From contig JBEPZN010000010.1 in the NCBI GenBank assembly GCA_041640875.1, positions 51,062 through 115,061 on the forward strand: a DNA stretch of 64,000 bases, read 5' to 3'. Positions 9,388 to 18,795 of the stretch are shown one piece after another. This DNA comes from Ectobacillus sp. (lineage in GTDB: Bacteria; Bacillota; Bacilli; Bacillales; Bacillaceae_G). The number at the start of each line of letters is the position of its first letter. Position 1 is the first letter of the stretch. The position numbers and the translations under genes are program-made. A model generated the notes under the pieces. That model saw nothing but the letters and a program-made list of their open reading frames with translations. It was not told the DNA's origin and made no database searches.

Positions 9388-11145
9388 ATGCTGAATGAGC
9401 AACCATTAAATGAGTTAATTAAAAAATTGAATAAAGAAAGCTTCCAAAATAACAAGTTTGATCGCCGCAGCTTCTTTCAAGGAGCTGGTAAAATTGCTGG
9501 ACTTTCGCTTGGATTGACGATTGCACAGTCGATTGGAGTGGAGGCGTCTAGTGTTAACACTGCTCCTAGCTTTCAAAACTATCCATTTACGCTTGGTGTT
9601 GCCTCCGGTGATCCGCTTTCCGACAGTGTTGTCTTGTGGACAAGGCTGGCACCAGATCCGCTTAACGGTGGAGGGATGCCGCAGCATACGGTAGCGGTCA
9701 AATGGGAGATTGCTAAAGATGAACACTTTAACCAAATTGTGCAACGAGGAACCGAATTAGCAACACCGGAACTTGCACATTCTGTTCATGTCGAGGTAGA
9801 TGGATTAGAAGCGAATCAAGTGTATTACTACCGTTTTAAATGCGGCTATGAACTGAGCCCAGTCGGAAAAACGAAAACACTCCCAGCAAATGGTGCAAAC
9901 ATCGCTAGCATGACATTTGCCTTTGCTTCCTGTCAACAGTATGAACATGGCTATTATACGGCTTATGAGCACATGGCAAAAGAGGAACTCGATCTTGTCT
10001 TCCATTTAGGTGATTATATTTATGAGTACGGCCCGAATGAATATATAGCCGAAACGGGCAACGTTCGTACCCATAGCGGTCCAGAAATTGTTACGCTTGA
10101 AGATTATCGAAACCGTCATGCTCAATATCGTTCAGATGCGAACCTGAAGGCTGCTCATGCGGCGTTTCCATGGATTGTAACGTGGGATGATCATGAGGTT
10201 GAAAATAACTATGCCAATGTTATTCCTGAAAAAGGTCAGTCTGTTGAAGCATTTATCAAACGCCGCGCTGCTGCTTATCAAGCGTATTACGAGCATATGC
10301 CGCTTCGGACAACTTCCTTGCCGCATGGAGCAGATATGCAATTATACCGCTCTTTCTCTTATGGCAATCTAGCTGATTTCTTTGTGCTCGATACGCGTCA
10401 ATACCGCGATGATCAGGCAAACGGTGACGGAACGAAGGCGCATACGCCAGAGTCTTTAAATTCGAATCGCACCGCTTTAGGAAAGGAGCAGGAAGTTTGG
10501 CTGCTTGGAAACCTCGGAAATCCGAAATCTCATTGGAATGTACTCGCACAGCAAATTTTCTTCTCACAGCGGAAGTTTGGAACAGACACAACACCAACTT
10601 ACAGCATGGATTCCTGGGATGGCTATCCGGCGGCACGCCAGCGTATCACAGATTTGGCGGGCAGCAAGAACATCAACAACATGATCGTCCTTACCGGAGA
10701 TGTGCATGCCAGCTGGGCATCAAATATCATGACAAATTTTAACGATCCAAACTCTAAAATCATTGGAGCAGAGTTTGTTGGAACTTCCATTACATCCGGT
10801 GGAAACGGTTCGGATAAGCGGGCGGATACGGACCGCATCTTAAGCCGTAATCCAAATATCAAATTCTTTAATAACTATCGTGGTTATGTCCGTTGTACCG
10901 TCACACCGGAGCAATGGCAGGCTGATTACCGTGTTGTTCCATTTGTGACAGAGCCTGGGGCAGCTATTTCGACGAGAGCTTCATTTGTTTACAAAAAAGA
11001 CGGCATGGGACTGCAGGAGGTTGCAGTTAACGAGGTTCCGCAAGGTATTAAGATTTCGAGTGAAGTAGAAGAAGATCGACATCGTGCACATGGACGTGCT
11101 CACGAAAAACAAATAGAGAAAAAACAAGAAAAAGTAACCAATTAA
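9388..11145 (+). CDS. phoD: Alkaline phosphatase D (Tat-exported)
   Basis: DRRSFFQG twin-arginine signal, FTLGVASGDP, HLGDYIYE, WDDHEVENN, LTGDVH. Confidence 0.96.
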   Translation: MLNEQPLNELIKKLNKESFQNNKFDRRSFFQGAGKIAGLSLGLTIAQSIGVEASSVNTAPSFQNYPFTLGVASGDPLSDSVVLWTRLAPDPLNGGGMPQHTVAVKWEIAKDEHFNQIVQRGTELATPELAHSVHVEVDGLEANQVYYYRFKCGYELSPVGKTKTLPANGANIASMTFAFASCQQYEHGYYTAYEHMAKEELDLVFHLGDYIYEYGPNEYIAETGNVRTHSGPEIVTLEDYRNRHAQYRSDANLKAAHAAFPWIVTWDDHEVENNYANVIPEKGQSVEAFIKRRAAAYQAYYEHMPLRTTSLPHGADMQLYRSFSYGNLADFFVLDTRQYRDDQANGDGTKAHTPESLNSNRTALGKEQEVWLLGNLGNPKSHWNVLAQQIFFSQRKFGTDTTPTYSMDSWDGYPAARQRITDLAGSKNINNMIVLTGDVHASWASNIMTNFNDPNSKIIGAEFVGTSITSGGNGSDKRADTDRILSRNPNIKFFNNYRGYVRCTVTPEQWQADYRVVPFVTEPGAAISTRASFVYKKDGMGLQEVAVNEVPQGIKISSEVEEDRHRAHGRAHEKQIEKKQEKVTN

Positions 11146-11196
11146 TGCATCTTATTTTCAATGAGTAAAATGATTCAACTATAGGAGTTGATTTAA

Positions 11197-11421
11197 ATGT
11201 TTTCAAATATTGGAATTCCGGGATTGATTTTGCTCCTTGTGATTGCTTTGGTTATTTTTGGACCTTCCAAGCTGCCTGAAATCGGAAGAGCTTTCGGTCG
11301 CACGTTAACAGAATTTAAGAGTGCGACCAAGGGATTAGTATCCGATGGAGATAGAGAGGTAGAAAAAAAGCCTGCACTAACGGCTGTTGAAAAGAAGCAG
11401 GAGAAATCAGCAGTTTTATAA
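11197..11421 (+). CDS. tatA: Twin-arginine translocase TatA (copy 1)
   Basis: [41 protein letters not shown]. Confidence 0.95.
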   Translation: MFSNIGIPGLILLLVIALVIFGPSKLPEIGRAFGRTLTEFKSATKGLVSDGDREVEKKPALTAVEKKQEKSAVL

Positions 11422-11491
11422 TGAATAAGTAGACGGGGAAACTCGTCTACTTATTTGTTTTATAGAGAAACAAACAGGAGATATATATAGT

Positions 11492-11567
11492 TTAATATTA
11501 ACAAAGTTTACAAAAGATTAAACTATTCATAATTGTTTTACAATTGTTTACATTCAGTTCATTAACA
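11492..11567 (+). promoter_or_regulatory. Pho-box-like repeats upstream of phoX
   Basis: Multiple TTAACA/TTTACA hexamers (11498, 11507, 11537, 11547, 11562). Confidence 0.5.
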
Positions 11568-11646
11568 TTGTCCCATTATTCTAATATAATCAGAGTCGTA
11601 AGTTGATTAACATAATATATTTTAGTTTTAAGGGAGAGAACATTCA

Positions 11647-13266
11647 ATGGATCGTCGTTTATTTTTAACATATTCTGGAAGTAGTGCTGCGGCATTAGTT
11701 GCTGCAGCATCAGGACTTGGTACAAAAGAAGTGGGTGCTATGACAGCAAATCATTTAATGGCTGGACAACCTTCAGGGACAGGCAAGCCGCTTACAGCTC
11801 CGTTCACTCCAATTAATCGCACATGGGAAGATGAATTAGTGCTGCCTGAAGGATACAAGTATAATATTATTGCCTCTTATGGAGATGTAATTAACTCTAA
11901 AGGTGAAAGGTTCGGGGATGCAGCGGACCTGACTGTTTACTTCCCTATCGATAGTTTAGAAGGCGGAAACAATTCAGAAGAGGGCTTAATCTGGGTTAAT
12001 CATGAATTTCCTGAGCCAGGAAACTACATAAAGATGCTAGGAATTGACGAAGCTACTTTTAAGAAAGAAAACCTTTCGAGCTATCCTAAACTGCTAGAAA
12101 TGGAGAAAGAAGCAGTTGGTGGTTCTGTGATTCGCGTAAAGAAAGAAAATGGCGAATGGAAGCTAGTAGTAGACGATACTTATAACCGTCGTGTCGATGG
12201 TACAACTCCTATTGAATTAACTGGTCCTGCTCGTGGAAGTGCAGCTGTAAATGGTGCTACAACAGTTTATGGCTCACTTGGAAACTGCAGCGGTGGACGC
12301 ACTCTATGGAATACAGCTTTATCCTGTGAGGAAAACACAGAATATGGAAGCTCATACGGCTGGCCTAACTTTAATAATAATCATTATGGCTGGGTTATGG
12401 AAGTCGATCCATTTGATCCAAAAAAACCTGTTCGTAAGCATACTGCGCTTGGCCGTTTTGCACATGAAAATGCTGCTATGGGTCTGACAAAAGACGGCAG
12501 AGTTGTCGTTTACATGGGTGACGATAAAGGTGATGAATGTTTCTATAAATTCGTCAGCAACAAGAAATTCAATCCAACTAACCGTGAAGCAAACTTTGAT
12601 ATTTTAGAAAGTGGAACATTATATGTAGCGAATATGAGTCAACAAAAATGGATCGCGCTTGATCATGCAACTAATCCTACTCTAAAAAGCCAATTTGCTG
12701 ACCAAGCTGCTGTTTTAACTAACGCTCGTGCAGCAGCCAAGGCTGTAGGCGGAACTAAATTAGACCGCCCAGAAGACGTGGAAATCCACCCACATGATGG
12801 AACTGTCTTTTTAGCGTTAACGAATAACTCAGGCCACGGCAATTTCCATGGTCAAATTGTACGATTTGCTCCTGCAAATGGTGACCATGGCAGTGATGCA
12901 TTTACATTTGAAGTATTTGTTGCGGGCGGACAACAAAGCGGTATTACTTGCCCTGATAACCTTCACTTTGACAGCAAAGGAAACCTGTGGGTAGTAGAAG
13001 ACTTCGGTGCGACAGAAGATAATATGTATGCAGCTTATAAAAACTGTGGTGTATTCATGATCCCAACAGATGGAAAAAGCTACGGTGTCCCACACCAATT
13101 TGCATCAGGTCCAAAGGGCTGCGAAGTAACTGGTCCATGGTTAACACCTGATGAACGTACTTTATTCCTCGATGTACAGCATCCTGAGACATGGAATCCA
13201 TACCCTGGCTACAGTTTTGGACGTTCCTGTCTAGTAGCTGTACAAGGCGGAAGCTTCAATAAGTAA
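11647..13266 (+). CDS. phoX: PhoX-family alkaline phosphatase (Tat-exported)
   Basis: MDRRLFL twin-arginine signal, VNHE, NCSGG, SCEEN, ALGRFAHE, DRPED, PDNL, EVTGP, VQHP. Confidence 0.92.
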   Translation: MDRRLFLTYSGSSAAALVAAASGLGTKEVGAMTANHLMAGQPSGTGKPLTAPFTPINRTWEDELVLPEGYKYNIIASYGDVINSKGERFGDAADLTVYFPIDSLEGGNNSEEGLIWVNHEFPEPGNYIKMLGIDEATFKKENLSSYPKLLEMEKEAVGGSVIRVKKENGEWKLVVDDTYNRRVDGTTPIELTGPARGSAAVNGATTVYGSLGNCSGGRTLWNTALSCEENTEYGSSYGWPNFNNNHYGWVMEVDPFDPKKPVRKHTALGRFAHENAAMGLTKDGRVVVYMGDDKGDECFYKFVSNKKFNPTNREANFDILESGTLYVANMSQQKWIALDHATNPTLKSQFADQAAVLTNARAAAKAVGGTKLDRPEDVEIHPHDGTVFLALTNNSGHGNFHGQIVRFAPANGDHGSDAFTFEVFVAGGQQSGITCPDNLHFDSKGNLWVVEDFGATEDNMYAAYKNCGVFMIPTDGKSYGVPHQFASGPKGCEVTGPWLTPDERTLFLDVQHPETWNPYPGYSFGRSCLVAVQGGSFNK

Positions 13267-13438
13267 TAGCAGTTGAAACAACACAACAAGGGAATTCATC
13301 CTTAAGCTATACGATAAAATTTTAGCCTATACGCACCGCAGCTAAAAAATAAGAAAGTCAGCCTTCTTTATAGAACAAGGTGTAAACGAAGCAGCCTGTT
13401 TACACCTTAGTTCATTTCGCATGAAAGGAGCACTTCTG

Positions 13439-13627
13439 ATGGTTTTTGTTTGTGCAAAACATGTGAAGGAAGCTTTAAAGAGGATTCATATTCCTCACAT
13501 TCAGTCCATCTCAGATAAAGCTAAAACAAGTAAAAATCTCAGATGTGACTTTTGTTGTCAGCAAGCTAATTATAAATTATTTGACTATTTTCCTATAAGG
13601 AAACGAGGCTTAAAAAATATTATATAA
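13439..13627 (+). CDS. Small CxxH/CxxC putative metal-binding protein
   Basis: MVFVCAKHVKEAL...CDFCCQQANYKL; AAGGAG RBS; ends 18 nt before tatA. Confidence 0.7.
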   Translation: MVFVCAKHVKEALKRIHIPHIQSISDKAKTSKNLRCDFCCQQANYKLFDYFPIRKRGLKNII

Positions 13628-13645
13628 ATTAGGGGGTTAATCTAA

Positions 13646-13891
13646 ATGTTCCAAAATATAGGGATTCCTGGTTTGATTTTAGTCCTTGTGATTGCTTTGA
13701 TTATTTTCGGACCTTCCAAGCTGCCGGAAATCGGACGGGCTTTTGGCCGCACGTTAACTGAATTCAAAAGTGCAGCCAAGGGTTTAGTATCTGATGGAGA
13801 TAAAGAGGAAGAGAAAAAAGAAGAGAAAAAAGAAGAGAAAAAGCCTGAATTAACAGCTGTTGAAAAGAAGCAGGAAAAATCTGCAATTTGA
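13646..13891 (+). CDS. tatA: Twin-arginine translocase TatA (copy 2)
   Basis: Near-identical to 11197 copy; EEKK x3 (12-bp tandem) in tail. Confidence 0.95.
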   Translation: MFQNIGIPGLILVLVIALIIFGPSKLPEIGRAFGRTLTEFKSAAKGLVSDGDKEEEKKEEKKEEKKPELTAVEKKQEKSAI

Positions 13892-13959
13892 TAATGAATG
13901 GGTAGACGGGGGGACTCGTCTACTTCTTTTGTCTTATATAAAAACAGGAGGTATCCAGA

Positions 13960-14685
13960 ATGGAAAACAAGGATTTACATCTTATTGAACATTTAGACGA
14001 ACTTCGTCAACGAATCATTAAAACCTTAATTGCATTCATTATTTTTCTCATTATCACTTTTATTTTCGTACAGGATATTTATCAATGGCTAGTTAGGAAT
14101 CTTGATGGAAAGCTAGCCCTCTTAGGTCCGAGTGATATTTTATGGGTGTACATGATTATATCAGGGGTATTTGCCATAGCTGCCACGATTCCTGTAGCTG
14201 CCTATCAGACATGGCGGTTTGTAGCGCCGGCGTTGACAAAAGAAGAGCGCAAGGTGACTTTGGGCTTTATTCCGGGTTTATTTATTTTGTTTATAACGGG
14301 AATCTCCTTTGGATATTTTGTGCTGTTCCCGATCGTGTTGGGGTTTTTAACAAAACTGTCTGCAGGGCAGTTTGAAACGATGTTTACGGTAGATAAATAT
14401 TTTCGGTTCATGCTTCACTTAAGTTTGCCGTTTGGTTTTCTATTTGAGATGCCCTTGGTGGTAATGTTTTTAACAAGACTGGGAATTCTCAATCCGGTGA
14501 GATTGGCTAAGGCAAGGAAACTCTCCTATTTTGCTCTTATTGTCGTATCCGTCTTGATTACACCGCCTGATTTTATATCGGATATTTTGGTTATTGTTCC
14601 TTTGCTTCTTCTTTATGAATTAAGTGTCACGATTTCTAAGATTGTATATAAGAAACGGCTTACAAATGAAGTCTCAGTGCAATAA
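13960..14685 (+). CDS. tatC: Twin-arginine translocase TatC
   Basis: LIEHLDELRQR, YQTWRFVAPAL, FEMP, ITPPDFISD. Confidence 0.96.
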   Translation: MENKDLHLIEHLDELRQRIIKTLIAFIIFLIITFIFVQDIYQWLVRNLDGKLALLGPSDILWVYMIISGVFAIAATIPVAAYQTWRFVAPALTKEERKVTLGFIPGLFILFITGISFGYFVLFPIVLGFLTKLSAGQFETMFTVDKYFRFMLHLSLPFGFLFEMPLVVMFLTRLGILNPVRLAKARKLSYFALIVVSVLITPPDFISDILVIVPLLLLYELSVTISKIVYKKRLTNEVSVQ

Positions 14686-15188
14686 ACAAAAGGAATAGGG
14701 GCTGTCTCAAAAGTCCCTTTTTCCTAGAATGATGTTAAGTGTGAGATTTGGTAGGCTGATTAGCGAAACGAATCAAAAGTATCCAGTTAGAAAGGCTTTT
14801 CCTGTCGGATCACTTATGTTGATGCCTGTTTTTAAAAAAAGCAACAACAAGAAGTAAAGGAGGGAAGAGCACTTGAAAGGGAAGGTGCAAAAGAAGCGGA
14901 ACAAGCATTGCTTCGTGTGAAACGTTATGGAAAAGTAACAGTTTAATTATCTGCAGGAGAGGATGCTTTATGTAAGTAAGGCGATCCTCTCCTTATATAA
15001 ATTTATATGCACTCTGGGAAATCTCTCGTTTGGATATAATCACCAAGGATATCGCTTGGCTGTTACGTTCAAAAGCTTGAAGGATATAAACCAAGGCACC
15101 CCCGTTTATCTGGATTACAGAATAAGTGGGGGTGCCTTAGTTAAAATATGAGCGTTATACAGCGTAGATTTTTGTCAGATAAAAAGGA

Positions 15189-15259
15189 TGGAGCCGAAGG
15201 GAATCGAACCCTCACCAACGCAATGCCATTGCGCTATTCTCCCATTAAACTACAGCCCC
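15189..15259 (-). tRNA. tRNA-Ala(GGC), atypical 71-nt, CCA not encoded
   Basis: GGGGCTG TA GTTT-AATGGGA-GAAT A GCGCA-ATGGCAT-TGCGT TGGT GAGGG-TTCGATT-CCCTT CGGCTCC A; G3.U70, A73, A32-U38. Confidence 0.88.
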
Positions 15260-15339
15260 ATAAATTTGTAATCAAAGCCTCGTGCCTGCAAGTATAGTTA
15301 TACTATGTAATGGTTTTCATAAATTATCATTTGATTTAT

Positions 15340-15368
15340 ATTCTACTCACCATCCTACCTTGCGTCAA
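15340..15368 (-). promoter_or_regulatory. Sigma-A promoter for tRNA-Ala
   Basis: TTGACG-17nt-TAGAAT on minus strand ~80 nt upstream of the tRNA. Confidence 0.7.
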
Positions 15369-15758
15369 GATAAACCTTAAATATTTCCAACATCAAAAAG
15401 AAAAAAGGACAAAAGCATTCTTCGCACATCCCCAGTATACTTAAAATGGGATTTTGTCTAGTGAATATATCCATTCCAATCCAGTCAAGCGATAGGAGGA
15501 GAACTAGCTATTTGTATTTGGACAGCTTTTTTCAAGAAATAAGAAAGTATCCATTTTGGTGGCAGTGTCTAGCTTCAGTGATCTGCTTGCTCAGGGAAAT
15601 CCCTGGATCACTGAGAAAAAAAGCGCTTCATCTTCCGGAAAATTGTTTTCTCCTCGCGAGCAAAACAGGACAATCATGCTTTATTTGCATGCTGCATAAA
15701 AATGAAGAATTTGACAAAAGGTAAAAAGGTAAAAAGTATAGGGCTGGAGGTTATGCGG

Positions 15759-15980
15759 ATGGTGCTCGATGAAAATGATAAGGCGATTATTGCACAAGCT
15801 TTACGGGTAGCAGCTTTGAATAGCACAGATTATGAAGAAATTACGCTGTATGAAAGCCTGTTGCACAAGCTGAGTTGGAAAAATGGTTCGCAACAGAATA
15901 TGAATGCGGACGGTTTGGATATGGATAAGTATAAGGATGGCCTTCGCTATGATTATGATGATTCATCCGACTTGATGTAG
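15759..15980 (+). CDS. Small acidic hypothetical protein
   Basis: GGAGG RBS, MVLDENDKAIIAQAL...YDYDDSSDLM, followed by hairpin-T tract. Confidence 0.65.
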   Translation: MVLDENDKAIIAQALRVAALNSTDYEEITLYESLLHKLSWKNGSQQNMNADGLDMDKYKDGLRYDYDDSSDLM

Positions 15981-16008
15981 ACTGTATAGTACATACAGTC
16001 TCTTTTTA

Positions 16009-16113
16009 TACTGTAAGAAAGTATAAATCTCTAGCTAGAAGTCTAATCCCATGTAGCAGGAAATTTTAGGAGCAAAGATGCCTTCGTCTTCGCCGATCGG
16101 CGAGTTTTCTTTA
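16009..16113 (+). repeat. Intergenic repeat, internally deleted copy
   Basis: tactgtaagaaagtataaat...tcttcgccgatcggcgagttttcttta. Confidence 0.88.
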
Positions 16114-16148
16114 TATTTACGAAAAAGCGGCTCTATTGAGAGTCGCTT

Positions 16149-16982
16149 TTAACTAGTGACCTGTGTTGTTTTGTGAACGGGTTTCGGTTTAGCGGTCGGC
16201 TTTGTTTGCTCGATACTTGCGTTGAGTGCTTCAATAATGGTTGCGATACGTTCGCTTGTTGGGCTTAAAATCGGTTTACTTTGGACGTCGTGCTGTTCAA
16301 TTTTGGATTCAATAAGGTCTAAAAGAGCGGTGCGATATTGATCTGTGTAATCTTCTGGTACAAATGGAACAGTTAGTTGGTTGATAAGTGTAGTTGCGGC
16401 GATGAGCTCTCTCGTTTGAATGGTAATTTGGTCGTCTGCTGGAATGTTTGGCACCATATCGGCAGTACGCACTTCATCCGGATAGTGAATGGTTTCTAGG
16501 ATGAGGCAGCTCTCATGGGCGCGAATGACAGCGAGATGCTGGCGGCTGCGGAGTGTGATGCTGACAATGCCTATTTTTCCGGTTCTCTCAAGTGCTTGTC
16601 TAAGTAAGACATACGCCTTCTCTGAGCCACCCGTAGGAGAAAGGAAATAAGAGCGGTCGAAATATACAGGATCAACTTCTTCTAATTGAACGAAGGAAAT
16701 AATGGTAACGGACTTGACCTCGTAAGCTTTTTTCAACACTTCTAGCTCCTCATTACTGATGAGTACATATTCATTAGGACGGTATTCGTACGCTTTAATA
16801 ATATCATTTGCTTCAATATGATCATCATCGCAGCCTGGAGCGATTTTTTCATGCTGAATAGGGACGAGACAGTCTTTATGGAGACTAATCAATTTGACGT
16901 CCTTTTCTTCGATGACGCTGTGCAGCTTTACGCCGATATTGACAAGACCGAATGAGAGGTTTCCTTTCCATACGGTATGCAT
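16149..16982 (-). CDS. ku: Ku protein (non-homologous end joining)
   Basis: MHTVWKGNLSFGLVNIGVKL, DPVYFDRSYFL, YPDEVR, DQYRTALLDLI. Confidence 0.93.
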   Translation of the reverse strand: MHTVWKGNLSFGLVNIGVKLHSVIEEKDVKLISLHKDCLVPIQHEKIAPGCDDDHIEANDIIKAYEYRPNEYVLISNEELEVLKKAYEVKSVTIISFVQLEEVDPVYFDRSYFLSPTGGSEKAYVLLRQALERTGKIGIVSITLRSRQHLAVIRAHESCLILETIHYPDEVRTADMVPNIPADDQITIQTRELIAATTLINQLTVPFVPEDYTDQYRTALLDLIESKIEQHDVQSKPILSPTSERIATIIEALNASIEQTKPTAKPKPVHKTTQVTS

Positions 16983-17005
16983 TATATCACCTTCACTTTT
17001 TGTTT

Positions 17006-17035
17006 TAGTTTGTTCCAAAAAGGAAGAATTCATGA
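17006..17035 (-). promoter_or_regulatory. Possible sigma-G promoter for ku
   Basis: TCATG-18nt-CAAACTA; B. subtilis ku (ykoV) is forespore-expressed. Confidence 0.3.
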
Positions 17036-17040
17036 AAAAA

Positions 17041-17066
17041 GCTCGCCAGTCGGCGAGTTTTCTTTA
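17041..17066 (+). repeat. Isolated 3' hairpin of intergenic repeat, likely terminating the MATE gene
   Basis: gctcgccagtcggcgagttttcttta, flanked by A6 on the left and overlapping MATE stop codon. Confidence 0.8.
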
Positions 17067-18425
17067 TGCAGCTTTCTTTTCTTTTTGTTTCATCCGTTGT
17101 ACATGTACAAGCCGTAACGATAAAAATACTGCCCCGCATGCAAGCCCAGAGATTAAACCGATCCAATAACCTGTCGCACCGAGAGAGGTATAGGTCGCAA
17201 GGATATATCCGGACGGTAAGCCGATAACCCAGTAGGCCACGAGCGTCATAATAAGAGCTGTATTTACGTCTTTATATCCGCGCAGTGCACCTTGTACAGG
17301 GGTAGCGATAGCATCCGATACTTGGAACAGAATGGCGAAAAATAAGAAGTGCTGCGCCAATTGTAAGACATGTGCATCCTTGGTATAGAGTGACGCTACT
17401 TGTTCGCTGAATAAGAAGATAGTAATCGAGTAGACAGCAGCGAAGCAGAGGGCGAGACTGATGCCGATGATGCTATATTGCCGTGCGTCCTGATATCTTG
17501 TTGCGCCAACCTCGAAGCCGACCGCGATTGTAATTGCCATAGAGAGGCTAAGCGGTGTCATATAGAGCATAGAAGCAAAATTAATGGCTGCCTGATGCGC
17601 TGCAATCGTTGCGGTATCAAAGGTACTCATCAGCAGTGTGACGGCGGCGAAAATGCTTGTTTCAAAGAAAATTGCAAACCCAATTGGCACACCGAGCTTG
17701 AGTAATTCCTTCCACGTTGCTAACGAGATGCGGTACAATCCTTTAAAAACCCCATACGTAGAAAAAGGTCTCTTTGTATGGATGATGAAAATAGCGATAG
17801 CAAGAATGCACCAATATGTTACAGATGATGCAATGCCGGCCCCGATACCGCCCAATCGCGGTGCACCGAACGTTCCGAATATAAATACATAATTCAGCGC
17901 TATGTTAATAGGAAGTGATAATAATGTAATCAGCATTGATACACGTGTTTGACCGAGCGCATCTATAAAGGAACGAAGCACGTTATAGACAAGCATCGGG
18001 GGGATACCGAATGCAAGCATCGCTAAAAATCCTTTGGCAATGCGGCGCACTTCTGGTTCGAGCTTCATCTCTTGTAAAACAAGCGGGACGATGAAAAGGC
18101 CGACAATAATGATTACAACGCTTGCGGCGATAGCGAGGTAAATAGCTTGTATGATAAGCGGTGCAACTTCCTCCTTCTTTTTGGCGCCCGTTAGCTGCGC
18201 GACAATCGGTGTTACTGATAATAAAATGCCGCCGATACCGGTACTGACGGGAATCCAAATGCTTGTACCAATGGCGACACCTGCTAAATCTGAGGAGCTG
18301 GCATGCCCCGACATCGTTGTGTCAAAAAAGCTCATCATAAACAATGAGAGCTGTGTAACAAATATGGGTAGAAATAGCATAAGAAACTGCTTGAGCTTTT
18401 GTCGAATCGTTGTTGTATGTTCCAT
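17064..18425 (-). CDS. norM: MATE-family efflux transporter (NorM-like)
   Basis: [56 protein letters not shown]. Confidence 0.88.
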   Translation of the reverse strand: MEHTTTIRQKLKQFLMLFLPIFVTQLSLFMMSFFDTTMSGHASSSDLAGVAIGTSIWIPVSTGIGGILLSVTPIVAQLTGAKKKEEVAPLIIQAIYLAIAASVVIIIVGLFIVPLVLQEMKLEPEVRRIAKGFLAMLAFGIPPMLVYNVLRSFIDALGQTRVSMLITLLSLPINIALNYVFIFGTFGAPRLGGIGAGIASSVTYWCILAIAIFIIHTKRPFSTYGVFKGLYRISLATWKELLKLGVPIGFAIFFETSIFAAVTLLMSTFDTATIAAHQAAINFASMLYMTPLSLSMAITIAVGFEVGATRYQDARQYSIIGISLALCFAAVYSITIFLFSEQVASLYTKDAHVLQLAQHFLFFAILFQVSDAIATPVQGALRGYKDVNTALIMTLVAYWVIGLPSGYILATYTSLGATGYWIGLISGLACGAVFLSLRLVHVQRMKQKEKKAA

Positions 18426-18795
18426 AACTGTCCTTCCTTGTGCAAAATACAGATTATTATAGCACATCCTCACTCTAGTGTCAGAGTAAAAAGACATAGG
18501 TAGAAATATTATATTCTGCCTTAGAAATAATACGTACTCCAATCACACTTTACAAAAGCGGGAATTCCTTTAATGGAATTCCGAAAGAAGTCTTTTTCTT
18601 CAAGGAGTGTGGCCGTTGGAGATTTGTACGCTGTAATCTTCTTATAGTAAAAAATAGGTTATTGTATATAGATGTGTTAAAAGATGTAGAGAAATAAAGA
18701 ATAACCGAGAAAAACAAGGGAATTTTTGGCATACTCCCATCGCTCCTTTAGAATGCAGAGATATAAAATAAAAGTATCTCGTTTCAAAGGGGGAT

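Noticed and set aside
14963-15151. 62-aa ORF near the tRNA
   Set aside because: Starts and ends inside hairpins, poorly spaced RBS, no motif
3671-15189. tRNA-anchored prophage or ICE
   Set aside because: No integrase, phage or conjugation genes and no duplicated tRNA 3' end found
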